64,000 bases of DNA from Phyllobates terribilis (lineage: Eukaryota), in contig NW_027362768.1 of NCBI RefSeq assembly GCF_046119375.1, positions 266,352,001-266,416,000 of the forward strand, written 5' to 3'. The notes below the pieces were generated by a model. That model made no database searches. It saw nothing but the letters and a program-made list of their open reading frames with translations, and was not told the origin of the DNA. Position numbers and translations under genes: made by a program. Below, piece by piece: positions 47,833 through 60,346 of this stretch (positions are counted from its first letter, which is position 1; every line of letters starts with the position of its first letter).

Positions 47833-48507
47833 AGGGAGTCAGTCGCCCCAAAAATGTATTTTAAATGGATTATACAGTGTTATAGGGGACTTAGCCCCTT
47901 TAACAACCATACTAGCACTGTACCTGTTACTATGCTGACTTTTTTGATTAATTTGCAAATGAGGAGGCTTTAGTGCACCCTTAGTGTGACCAAGGATTTG
48001 GTGCACTGTTAGATCTCCTCATTTGCATATTGAGGACCTCCCCCCACTTCTGATTGACAGTGATTACTTCCCAGAGTGAGCACTATGTGAATGTGGCCTG
48101 CTAATATGGCCGCGCACATTCTCCTCCCTGTCCTTTCTTCTGATGTCGTTCATTACACTAATACACCTGGAAGTGTAGAGTCAGAAGAAAGGAGATGGAG
48201 GAGAACTGCATGCGCTCACAGCCGCACACACACTGGCAGCAGTCAGACAGTGCTATCTCTGGGAAGTGAGCACTGTCAATCAGGAGCAGATGAAAGGGCC
48301 TCAATATGCAAATGTGAGGCATAACGGTGCACCAAACTCTTGGCCACACCTAGGGTGCACCAAAGCCTCCTCATTTATATATTCACTTATTTTCTCAGGC
48401 ACTGTACCAGTAACAGGTACAGTGCTAGTGTGGTTGTTACAGGGCCTCAGTCCCCAGTAACACTGTATAGCCCATTAAAAATGCATTTTGGGGGTGACTG
48501 ACTCTCT
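47833..48507. mobile_element. T2/Kolobok-like MITE with long TIRs, 3' of the DESI1 stop
   Basis: ttaa|agggagtcagtcgccccaaaaatg ... cattttgggggtgactgactctct|ttaa. Confidence 0.85.
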
Positions 48508-49579
48508 TTAATGTATTCACCCCAGAAAACTAGTGTGAGATGGAAATTCCTAATCCCTCGTATTCTGCATACAAAGGAATTCTGCAATTTAGCATAAATG
48601 GTCCTAAAGACAAAAGAAATTCTAGGTTTGAGACTCTTTTCTGACAGTTTCAGTCTGCTACATTGTTGTCAGGAAATAAGATCCTGCTTGTCTTATTGTT
48701 CAGACTCCAGGCTAAAAGGCTTAGCTGCTTTAAAACCGGTTTTAGAGATTAATGTATGCAACGGACTATTGTAGCCTTTATTGCATTAGTGAGGCCATGC
48801 CCCTTGATGGGCCAGTCTTCAGTCCCGTCCGGCAGCCATAAGATGCCTTGTGGCCAATACACGTCATTCAGCGTACACACTGTGCATTACAAATCTGGTC
48901 AAACCCTTTTCCATCCACAAAGGTTTTGGAAGATTTCCAAATGGCAGATTTAGTTAGACTAGAAAATGTATTTCTGTCCAACTAGACAGATGTAGGAGTC
49001 TATGGAGGCTGTCTGATCATCTCTAGTTAGGGTTGAAATGCGAAGTTATTTGTGGTCACCTCGCTTTCACAGATGAAAATATACTGGATGACTGAAGGTG
49101 GAAAATGCACAATTTTCTAATAAAGTTGGTCACATAGAAGAATCAGTGCTTATAGGGGTTGTCTCCTTTTCAGAAAGGATTTTCCTATAAGGCCTATTAG
49201 TAGTGTAAAAAAAAAAACCTGTACTGTACTCGCCCTCCCTGGATCCAATGCTAAAGACCCCCATACACATTGGATGGCTGTTGGCCAAACCAATACTTAA
49301 GTGGATCATTCAGATGACGGCCATCTTGATGGACTCTCCCATAGACAGGTGCGCATGCTCAGCTGTGCGCTTCTGTGTTCTCTGAGACATCCGCTGATAC
49401 ATTGGAACAAAGCTATCGGCAGTCCTAAATAACACATGCCTGATTGACACCTCCCCGACAATCATTTCACCTGCGCTCCTATGCACATTAGATTGTCGGC
49501 CGAATCCAGTTCAGTCATTCAGACATTTAGTCTAATGTGTATGGGGGCTTCAGTCTCGGCCACTGCTCCAGTGTTTGGC

Positions 49580-50060
49580 TGCTGCGCTCTCCATATAATA
49601 ATCAATGAGCTCAGCAACTCGTAGCCTCCGCGCAGACACTGTGCTCCATTATTGGCTGCTGCGCTCTCCATGTAATAATCAGTGAGCTCAGCAGCTCGTA
49701 GCCTCCGCGCAGACACTAAGCTCCATTATTGCCTGCTGCGCTCTCCATGTAATAATCAGTGAGCTCAGCAGCTCGTAGCCTCCGTGCAGACACTGAGCTC
49801 CATTCAATGAGCTCAGCAGCTTGTAGCATCGGCAGAGACACTGAGCTCCATTATTGCCTGCTGCGCTCTCCATGTAATAATCAGTGAGCTCAGCAGCTCG
49901 TAGCCTCCGTGCAGACACTGAGCTCCATTATTGGCTGATGCCCCCTCCATGTAATAATCAGTGAGCTCAGCAGCTCGTAGCCTCCGCGCAGACACTGAGC
50001 TCCATTATTGGCTGATGCCCCCTCCATGTAATAATCAGTGAGCTCAGCAGCTCGTAGCCT
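49580..50060. repeat. About 77-bp tandem repeat, about 6 units, inside a MITE (about 49153-50142) that also holds a nested insert at 49256-49549
   Basis: ctgctgcgctctccatgtaataatcagtgagctcagcagctcgtagcctccgcgcagacactgagctccattattgg; nested TIR cccccatacacatt / aatgtgtatggggg. Confidence 0.9.
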
Positions 50061-51399
50061 CGGATTGGCTGCACTGCTTTCAATGTGCCACAGACGTCGG
50101 GCGCTTATAGGAAAAGTTTTTCTGGAAGGAGAAACCACTTTAACAAGGCAACATAGACTCATGCTGAAGTTCATTAAAAAAGTATTTGAGATCTGTGCCA
50201 AATCTAGCATGAAGCAACCAATGTTCTTAGCGTTTGTGTGACCGTATAGCACAGCTGTAGAACCGGGTGAATACAATGTATTCACCCGTGTGGTTCCATC
50301 TAAAACATCTAGTATGACTCAGTAAGAAAGTTATGGTCGCCATGTGCAATGTACGAGCAAACAAAATGCAGAATTTGATTAGTTATCTGCCGACCAGAAA
50401 GTGGGTAGCCCTAAAAATGGATTTTGATACATGATTTGCTTTCTTATATTTTCTTTCCTGTCCTCTGTGTGGTCATGTAACTCTGCTAAATCCGTCCTCT
50501 GGTCAATGTTGTGTTTGATAGGACCATTGCAAAGAGTGGTGCTGGCCAAGTACATGCAATTGTGTGCCTTTACTAAATACATACAGTTGTATAGAAAGCA
50601 TAGGGAATGCTGAGGAATCCCAATGTACAGTGGCCCAATGTGCCAAAAGGACACCCCAATGGTAAGCATTTGACCTATACGGAGAACCTTTCAAGGTCCA
50701 TTTGATCTCCCAAACTGCTCTTGCCTGCAGTAGGGACGGCCTATCCCTGTTATCAGCTATTTATAAGGCTGATCCATACAATATAATACTCCTGCTGGTG
50801 TTCTAAGCGTGTAATTATCCACTAGTGTTTATTTCACTACTTGTGCTTCCTGAGGGCTATGATAGCACTGAGAAGGGAAAACCCTGCGCTCTGAATAGTA
50901 TAGTGAGCAAGGCACTGTGGGCAGGGCTTTGGGGCCAGGCTGGTGTACATACACGGGATTTTGATGAGCCCCTTGTGGAGGCAGTAGTGTCAGACCCTAG
51001 GAGAAAAAGTTGCTGCGAGAGCTCATGAATACACTAGACTCTTCAGAAGACGGGGAACACCCACTGGACTCCTAGCAATTCATTTGCATGTGGCACGGAA
51101 GCATTTATTGTAGACTATAAGAGATATAGAGATTGCCTTGAGAATATTACTATTGTAGAACCTCCTTTCACTGCATATGAAACATTGCAGATTGGGTGGA
51201 AAAATGGACTTTTGAAGGCTCCTTTAAGTGTATACATGGCTGTTTATACTGGTGGATCAAGTGTGCTCTTTAACCTATAACACAACCGTTATTCCCTTCA
51301 TTGGAGTCACACAGCTCCATAGTACATAGCCATAAAGGACTCTGCGTTGTCGTCCAACCTCCCCGCCATGTGCATGAGGCCTTCAGCCGCTGCTGTGTG

Positions 51400-52000
51400 T
51401 GAATGGGGTCTTCATACCTTCCCATGAACTGACTTTGCACATCTCTCGAATACGCTCATGTGATCGCAGCCTTAGAAGTAGCTGCTACACTTTGACCCTC
51501 CTCCTAAATCGACAAGTTGATATTATTGTGAATTTAAACCTATTTTTTTACGATACTAGATCAGCATACGTGGTAACAGATGTCCCTCTTATGTACTGAC
51601 ATAAGTAAAGGTTCTATACTCTTCTATACATTTATACCTCGTTGTGTCATATCCTTACAATGTAACCGTGGATATATTACATCTTGCATGATGTAATATT
51701 CCGTTTTATACGTTCTTTGTAATATGTTTTATTTCAGTATCTGTGTTATGAACTCATTCCTTATGTATTTTTCCCATGGAAACATGGGATTTGAATGTAT
51801 AATAAATATATGTTTCACTATCATAATCTATTTTCCATTCTTTACCAGATAACTTGTATAGGACTATAAATCTTTCATCCGAGCAGTATGTCAGCTTATC
51901 CTTCAGACTGTGCACTACTTTTTGTTGACTACTCCGTAGAAGTCATCCCACCGGGACAAGGTGTAATCAATGGGGACAGTACCTAACGCGTGAGGTTGAC
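51400..52000 (+). mobile_element. Possible decayed Penelope-like element 3' end
   Basis: Weak GIY-YIG C-terminal resemblance (HISRIR...NLNLFF), AT-rich tail, then an agaagtc...acgcgt remnant; tentative. Confidence 0.3.
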
Positions 52001-53509
52001 CTTTCAAGGTGTCAGCAGGTCTTTGTCATCTGTCACTAATGAAGGCAGTGTGGATAAACCTGCTGCATGCCTGTCCACATGTCCTTCATAAGCGGCATAC
52101 GTTATGAAGCCCCTTGTTGCAATCCTCTAAAGAGAGTTCATTGCTGAGGCAAGTTGTCCCCTCATTGTATATCTCGTGCCAACTAGACCTTTATCCATTA
52201 CGCCACTCCGATCCCCGACAAGCCTCCTTTACTGCGACACTTTGCCATGCTTGTCGCCATCAGGGCAGTGACTAGGGCAGGACGGTGACCCCATAATATG
52301 GATAGTCATTAGGAGAGGCAGCACTCGCTGTCCGATTACATCGCGAGTGGGAGCGAGCCCTAAACCATACTTTTGAAAAGCTGGCCGAGGACCATAGAGA
52401 AAGCACTCGGGCCAGCTTCTCCCCTTCTTAAGTTGATCGCTCTCGCTGTCTGTGGTTCGGGCAGCATGAATCTAGTGGCCGACTTCCTTTAATGGAAATA
52501 AGGGAATATTTCCCAGAGTTTGTTCCCTATCCTACTTATACATGTAATACAGCAGCATACCTTCTATAGAAGCAGGTCTCTTATATCCCTAAATTGCTTC
52601 TGTTTCTCAACAAAGTCTTTTTTCCAGCAGCTACCACCAAGGGGCACTCAACATCTAGTGAATTTTTTCTGCTTCCACTGATTTTACTAGTGTCTGTATA
52701 AATCTTCATGCAGTGAGCTCCCCCTGGTGGCGGCTGCAGACAAAGTTTTATTATTTAGTTCTATGACTGGGAGAAGAGAAAGCTGGGTATATAGAGTGAT
52801 GTGAAAAATGGACAATCCACAGATGTGCCACACAATATCTGTGGGCAGAATAATTCTAAACACTCAGTGGAGGCCGTAGCACATTCTGAGTTTTGCTTTG
52901 GGGCGCTGTGATTTTGGTGTACCCTTTTGAAGGGGCATCATATTGCAGGGATCCTGGGGATCTGTATACCTGGTCCTTTACTCTCTCGGGACTTCTAGGG
53001 ACTTTGTCGCCTCAGCCACACTACCTAAAGATATAGGGTTAATCTACAGGTACGTAGAAAGCTGGTGGCTCCAGGGTAATTTGTTGCCGGTGGCCAGTAA
53101 GGTGGCCGAGCAGCACTGTAATGCCATTTACCTACAGATTAACCCTATATTTGCAGATAGAATTTTCCGAGGTGATCGGTTCCCTTTAACTGCTGTCAGT
53201 GGGGGTTATTCCCTTTAGATTTGCAGCATAAAATTGTTTCTTGCAATATCAGTTCATTGATTGTAATTTTAAGAATGTATGATATGTTTTTAACCAACAG
53301 AATAAATTCTAAATGAGACTTATCGTAGTCTCCCTGTGATTGGCTATTCTTTATCAGGTTGGTTAAATTGACAACCACCCTAATGCACATGGCTATCTAG
53401 CGCCCTACACCTATCGTATGGTCCATAGCACAGTGTCATTAGTGCTGTGTGATGCCTTATCTGCCTGTATAATATGGAGGCATGCTGAGCGCCATCAGAT
53501 ACCCCTGTA

Positions 53510-56500
53510 CAGTAGTGTGCAAAATAATAGCAGTCCAATATGACTAACCAGATTAATCACTGTTTTTGGTATAAATTATATTACCACATGCCAAGCAATT
53601 CACCAGTTGATGCAGTAAATTCTAAGAAAACCACCAGACTCCACATTCATGATCTGCATGTTTTTGAGTCTGTGTATTTGAATAATTATTGTAAGGTGGT
53701 GTGTTTAAAATAATAGCAGTGTGGAGTTCAATTAGTGAGATCAATCATTCTGTGAAGAAACAGGTGTGAATCAGGTGGCCCTTATTTAAGGGTGAAGCCA
53801 GCACATGTTGTACATGCATTTCTCCTTGAAAGCCTGAGAAATATGGGTCGTTCGATACATTGTTGAGAAGAATAGAGTACTTTAATTAAAAAGTTGATTG
53901 GAGAGGGTAAAACGTATAAAGAAGCGCAGATAGTGATAGGCTGTTCAGCTAAAATGCTCTCCAATGCTTTAAAATGGAAAGCAAAACCAGAGAGATGTGT
54001 AAAAAATGGAAGACTACCATTCGAATGGATCGAAGAATAGCCAGAAAGGCAAAGGCTCAGCCAATGATCAGCTCCAGGATGATCAAAGACATTCTCAAAT
54101 TACCTGTGAGTACTGTGACAGACGCCTGTGTGAAGCTAATCTCTTAGCAAGAAGTCCCCACAAAGGCCCACTGTTAAAGACGTACAATTTGCCAAAAAAT
54201 CAACTGGCCTAAAGAGAAATGGAGAAACATTTTGGGGACTGATGAAAGTAAAATTGTTCTTTTTGGGTCCAAGGGCCGCAGACAGTTCCTCTGAAGACCC
54301 CCAAACTCTGCATTCAAGCCACTGTACACTCTGAAGACAGTGAAGCATGGTGGTGTAAGCATCATGTTATCGGCATGTTTCTCTTACTATGGTGCCGGAC
54401 CTATTTACCGCATACAAGGGATCATGGACCAGTTTGCATATACATTGCTCAAAACAATAAAGGGAACACTCAAATAACACATCCTAGATCTGAATGAATG
54501 AAATATTCTCATTGAATACTTTGTTCTGTACAAAGTTGAATGTGCTGACAACAAAATGACACAAAAATCATCAATGGAAATCAAATTTATTAACCAATGG
54601 AGGCCTGGATTTGGAGTCACCCCCAAAATTAAAGTGGAAAAACACACTACAGGCTGATCCAACTTTGCTGTAATGTCCTTAAAATAAGTCAAAATGAGGC
54701 TCAGTATTGTGTGCAGCCTCCACGTGCCTGTATGACCTCCCTACAACGCCTGGGCATGCTCCTGATGAGGTTGCGGATGGTCTCCTGTGGGATCTCCTCC
54801 AAACCTGGACTAAAGCATCCACCAACTCCTGTACAGTATGTGGTGCAACGTGACGTTGGTGGATGGAGCGAGACATGATGTCCCAGATGTGCTCAATCGG
54901 ATTCAGGTCTTGGGAACAGGCAGGCCAGTCCATAGCTTCAATGCCTTCATCTTGCAGGAACTGCTGACACACTCCAGCCACATGAGGTCTGGCATTGTCC
55001 TGCATTAGGTGGAACCCAGGGCCAACCGCACCAGCATATGGTCTCACAAGGGGTCTGAGGATCTCATCTCGGTACCTAATGGCAGTCAGGCTACATCTGA
55101 CGAGCACATGGAGGACTGTGCGGCCCTCCAAAGGAATGCCACCCCACACCATTACTGACCCACTGCCAAACCGGTCATGCTGAAGGATGTTGCAGGCAGC
55201 AGATCGCTCTCCACGGCGTCTCCAGACTCTTACGTCTGTCACATGTGCTCAGTGTAAATCTGCTTTCATCTGTGAAGAGCACAGGGCACCAGTGGCGACT
55301 TTGCCAATCCTGGTGTTCTGTGGCAAATGCCAAGCGTCCTGTACGGTGTTGGGCTGTGAGCACAACCCCCATCTGTGGACATCGGGCCCTCATAACACCC
55401 TCATGGAATCAGTTTCTAACCGTTTGTGCAGACACATGCACATTTGTGGCCTGCTGGAGGTCATTTTGCAGGGCTCTGGCAGTGCTCCTCCTGTTCCTTC
55501 TTGCACAAAGGAGGAGGTAGCGGTCCTGCTGCTGGGTTGTTGCCCTCCTACGGCCCCCTCCACGTCTACTGGTGTACTGGCCTGTCTCCTGGTAGCGCCT
55601 CCAGCCTCTGGACACTACACTGACAGACACGGCAAACCTTCTTGCCACAGCTCGCATTGATGTGCTATCCTGGATGAGCTGCACTACCTGAGCAACTTCT
55701 GTGGGTTGTAGCGTCTGTCTCATGCTACCACGAGTGTGAAAGCACAACCAACATTCAAAAGTGACCAAAACATCAGCCAGAAAGCATTGGTACTGAGATG
55801 TGGTCTGTGGTCACCGCCTGCAGAACTACTCCTTTGTCTTGATAATTGCCAATAATTTCCATCTATTGTCTATTCAATTTGCACAACAGCATGTGAAATT
55901 GATTGTCAATCAGTGTTGCTTCCTAAGTGGGCAGTTTGATTTCACAGAAGTTTGATTTACTTGGAGTTATATTCTGTTGTTTAACTGTTCCCTTTATTTT
56001 TTTGAGCAGTGTATTAAAATACGTGAAGAGTACATGTTGCCTTACGCTGAAGAGGATATGCCCTTGAAATGGGTATTTCAACAAGACAACGAACTTAAAC
56101 AAGTCAGTAAATGAGCAAAATCTTGGTTCCAGTCCAACAAAATTGAGGTTATGGAGTGGTCAGCCAATCCCCGGACCTTAATCAGATAGAGCACTTGTGG
56201 GGTGACATCAAAAATCCTGTTTCTGAGGCAAAGCCAAAAAATGCCAAAAAAGTGTGGGATGTAGTCAAAGCATCCTGGGCTGGAATAACCATTGACAGGT
56301 GCCAGAGGTTGGTTGATTCTATGCTGCATAGATGTGAAGCAGCTCTAAAAAACTGTGGGTATACAACTAAATAATAGGTTAGAGATTCCCAGGAATGTTA
56401 AATCCTCAACAAAGAGAGAGTACATATTGTGAGTTTGTAAAGACAAATGCAGACACTGCTATTTTTTGGAACAGCCCAATGTTAATTTTTTGATATTTTC

Positions 56501-56653
56501 TGCAAAGTAGTTAAACTTCTATACATTTTTCGTCATATTTTGAATTCGAAAACAGTGTGCAATATTCCCAATGCGTGGAAATAAAAGATAGTATAAAGAT
56601 TTTGTGCTTAACTCATGTTTTTGAACACTCTGCTATTATTTTGAACACTACTG
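53510..56653 (+). mobile_element. Tc1-like transposon (DD34E, decayed), interrupted
   Basis: TA|cagtagtgtgcaaaataatagcag ... ctgctattattttgaacactactg|TA; TDESKIVLF and QQDN...SPDLNQIE remnants with stops. Confidence 0.9.
54443..56011 (-). mobile_element. Second Tc1-like transposon (DD34E) nested in the first
   Basis: TA-flanked TIR ca(t/c)tgctcaaaa-aataaagggaaca; ORF pieces 55409-55768, 55175-55393, 54679-55242 with TDESRF and QDNARPH-x-DLNPIE (34 spacing). Confidence 0.92.
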
Positions 56654-57132
56654 TATGTGTTAGTAATTAGAATCCTGCCATGTTTTATCGGCTGTCGTAG
56701 AGCCTCGTACGCACTAATTCTATAGAATTATACGCGGCTCGGAATTCTGTACTAGAGATTTACAAACGTAGTAATAAGGTTTCTGTGTAGGATTATTGCT
56801 CCGTAGCTCTGTGCATTATCTTGGCGCTGTCAGTGGCGGGATCAGTGACAACCTGTCCTGTTTGCCTGATGTTTGGACATAATGTAGGTGGAAGGTCACC
56901 GTCCTCTCCAACTCACTGACTTTTAACCTACTTGGCTTTGGTGTTTTTCTGACATGCTGCAGGGAGAGATCCGGGCTACGTGATCTGTGTCTTGTTTACC
57001 CTGACCATGTGACTCTGAGGCTGTGTGATAATTGGCTAGCGAGGCCAGCACGCCTCCCACCCTCCTATACCAGCCCCTGACACTCCCTCTTATGTCCATT
57101 CATTGCAGCTGGCCTCTGCAGATGGAGAGGCA

Positions 57133-57213
57133 ATGGCAGATCCCAGGAGCCAGAAGCACAGGGACATTCTGTGTCTTTTTGATGTGGATGGGACATTAAC
57201 CCCTGCACGGAAG
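57133..57213 (+). CDS. PMM1: PMM1 (phosphomannomutase 1) first coding exon; later exons not found in window
   Basis: MADPRSQKHRDILCLFDVDGTLTPARK with HAD motif I DxDGT; donor GTATGT. PMM1 rather than PMM2 from synteny with DESI1-XRCC6. Confidence 0.88.
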
Positions 57214-58249
57214 GTATGTGTCGGGCATATAGGTGACATCAGTATAGCATGCACCTACAGCACATGAGACATAGTCCTGCTGTATGTTTGCTGTTACGAC
57301 ATTGTCAGTTTTGTTGTCAGGATTCATATTTCTAGTACTTGTACATTGTCTTCCGGGATTACTTAGACAGCCGTCATGTGGCTAAAGTTTAGCATCTGTA
57401 ATAAAGTCACAAGCCCTCCAGCCCACAACATCATTGGTATCTATGAAGCCGTTATCTTGTGTCGGCTGGAACTTGTGGCTTTAAAAGAAAAGCTAAAATG
57501 TTGTCACATGATTATCTCAATAACTTCTCATTTTCTTTTTTCAATGGATTGTTGTATTAGTTTCCTATGGAAATTATAATCAATGCTAAATGACAATAAA
57601 CCTTGGGAAGATTAATCATTACAGGTTAGTATGGAGTTTGTTTGTTCAGTTCTGTAAAAAGTGAGACAAACTATAATGAAAAGTTTTGCACCTCTTCTGC
57701 GTTTTGGTCGCACTCCTAGTTTGGCTTACAGAGCAGTCAGACGGCCATAGAAATCGGAGCGCAGTACACGGACCGGCCGGCAGCTCTCCTTACCCGAGTG
57801 TCACAGATTCAGCTATTTCTATGCAGCTGTCACACTCAGGTCAGGAGATCCGCCGGCCAGAAACCAACAAGAATATAAGAGGACACCACTCCAATGCATA
57901 TAAATTCTAGGATCAACCCATTGCATACCAGGGAGTAGCACATATATGAGAAAAAGAAGTTTGCAAATTTATGGATACACCTAATATTATTAAATATTCT
58001 ATCTTTATTAAAGAACAAACAGGCAAGCCAAAAATAGAAAAATTAAAACCATTTAAAAAGCACAACTGGTTATAACATATAAACAAGATGAAGTTAGGAT
58101 AAAACAAGATCTCCACTGTCTACATATTGAGCTATATATTATAGGGTACCTACACAGATATTGCCAGTCCAATAAGGAGCAACCAAATAAGCCCAAAAAT
58201 AAACAATTCCAGCAAATGATTTATGATTAATTCATATAGATATCAAATA

Positions 58250-59814
58250 CAGTCATGGCCAAAAGTATTGAGAATGAGACAAATAGTAATTTTTCCAAAG
58301 TTTACTGCTTCATTTTTTGTAATGGCAATTTGCATATACTCCTGAATGTCAAAGAGTGATCAGCTTAACAGCAATTACTGTACTTGCAAAGTCAATATTT
58401 GCCCAGAAAATGAACTTTAACCCCCAAAACACATTTCAACATCATTGCAGTCCTGCCTTAAAAGGAGCAGCTAACATCGTTTTAGTGATTGATCCATTAA
58501 CACAGGTGTGGGTGTTGATGAGGACAGGGCTGGCGATCAGTCAGTCATGATTAAGTAAGAATGACATCACTGGACACTTTAAAAGGAGGCTGGTTCTTGG
58601 TATCATTGTTTCTCTTCAGTTAACCATGGTTATCTCTAAAGAAACACGTGCAGCCATCATTGCACTGCACAAAAATGGCCTAACAGGAAAGAGTATCGCA
58701 GCTACAAAGATTGCACCTCAGTCAACAATCTATCGCATCATCAAGAACTTCAAGGAGAGAGCTTCCATTGTTGTCAAAAAGGCTCCAGGGCGCCCAAGAA
58801 AGACCAGCAAGCGCCAGGACCGTATCTTAAAACTGTTTCAGCTGCGGGATCGGACTACCAGCAGTGCCGAGCTTGCTCAGGAATGGCAGCAGGCTGGTGT
58901 GAGTGCTTCTGCACGCACTGTGAGGCGGAGACTCTTTGAGCAAGGGCTGGTTTCAAGGAGGGCAGCAAAGAAGCCACTTCTCTCCAGAAAAAACATCAGG
59001 GACCGACTGATATTCTGCAAAAGGTACAGGGGTTGGAATGCTGAGGACTGGGGCAAAGTCATTTTCTCTGATGAATCCCCTTTTCGATTGTTTGGGACAT
59101 CTGGAAAACAGCTTATTCGGAGAAGAAGAGGTGAGCGCTACCACCAGTCTTGTCTCATGCCAACTGTAAAGCATCCTGAAACCATTCATGTGTGGGGTTG
59201 CTTCTCAGCCAAGGGAATCGGCTCACTCACAGTCTTGCCTAAAACACAGCCATGAATAAAGAATGGTACCAGAATGTCCTCCAAGAGCAACTTCTCCCAA
59301 CCGTCCAAGAGCAGTTTGGCGCCCAACAATGCCTTTTCCAGCATGATGGAGCACCTTGCCATAAAGCAAAGGTGATAACTAAATGGCTCATGGAACAAAA
59401 CATAGAGATTTTGGGTCCATGGCCTAGAAACTCCCCAGATCTTAATCCCATTGAGAACTTGTGGTCAATCATCAAGAGACGGGTGGACAAACAAAAACCA
59501 ACAAATTCTGTCAAAATGCAAGCATTGATTATGCAAGAATGGACTGCTATCAGTCAGGATTTGGTCCAAAAGTTGATTGAGAGCATGCCAGGGAGAATTA
59601 CAGAGGTCCTGAAGAAGAAGGGGCAACACTGCAAATATTGACTTGCTGCATTAACTCATTCTGTCAATATAACCTATTGGTACTCATAATATGATTGCAA
59701 TTATATTTCTGTATGTGATATAAACATCAGACAAACACTAATAAAAACCAGAGGCCAGCAGATCATGTGAAAATATCATTTTGGTGTCATTCTCAAAACT
59801 TTTGGCCATGACTG
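58250..59814 (+). mobile_element. Tc1/mariner DD35E (Traveler-type) element, 1565 bp, in PMM1 intron
   Basis: TA|cagtcatggccaaaagt ... acttttggccatgactg|TA; short TIRs; 35 residues between D of HDGAPCH and E of DLNPIE. Confidence 0.92.
58626..59641 (+). pseudogene. DD35E transposase with a single -1 frameshift near 59245
   Basis: ORFs 58626-59255 and 59252-59641; adding one A to cctaaaacaca restores LPKNTAMNKE and a 338-aa protein. Confidence 0.88.
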
Positions 59815-59866
59815 TACACAGCAGAAAAGTGAATACGTGTAAAGATGGGCTAACTGTCATACAATA

Positions 59867-60066
59867 GAAGATCATACCATATATAACAGACAACTAATAA
59901 AAGTGGCATATTGTTGGAAGATCATACCATATATAACAGACAACTAATAAAAGTGGCATATTGTTGGAAGATCATACCATATATAACAGACAACTAATAA
60001 AAGTGGCATATTGTTGGAAGATCATACCATATATACCAGACAACTAATAAAAGTGGCATATTGTTG
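59867..60066. repeat. 50-bp tandem repeat, 4 units
   Basis: gaagatcataccatatataacagacaactaataaaagtggcatattgttg x4, one substitution. Confidence 0.97.
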
Positions 60067-60346
60067 GTACAAAGAGATAGTCACCTGAATGTAGGTACCT
60101 AAATAGACAGTGGCAAGGGAGAACACAACGCATGTCGCCACTATAATTATGATTTCATCAGGGGTGAGTGTATGGCCGCTGGCCAGAAAGTGCACCGCAT
60201 TCCAACCTCAGTCCGATTTATACGGCCATCTGACTGTGCCCTTACATATACCACTCAAAATACTGCCATGTGAAAGGGACCTGACTCTGATTTGATCCCA
60301 TACTTCAAAAACATACAGATAGGTCCCAGTTTCTTATTACATTTAA

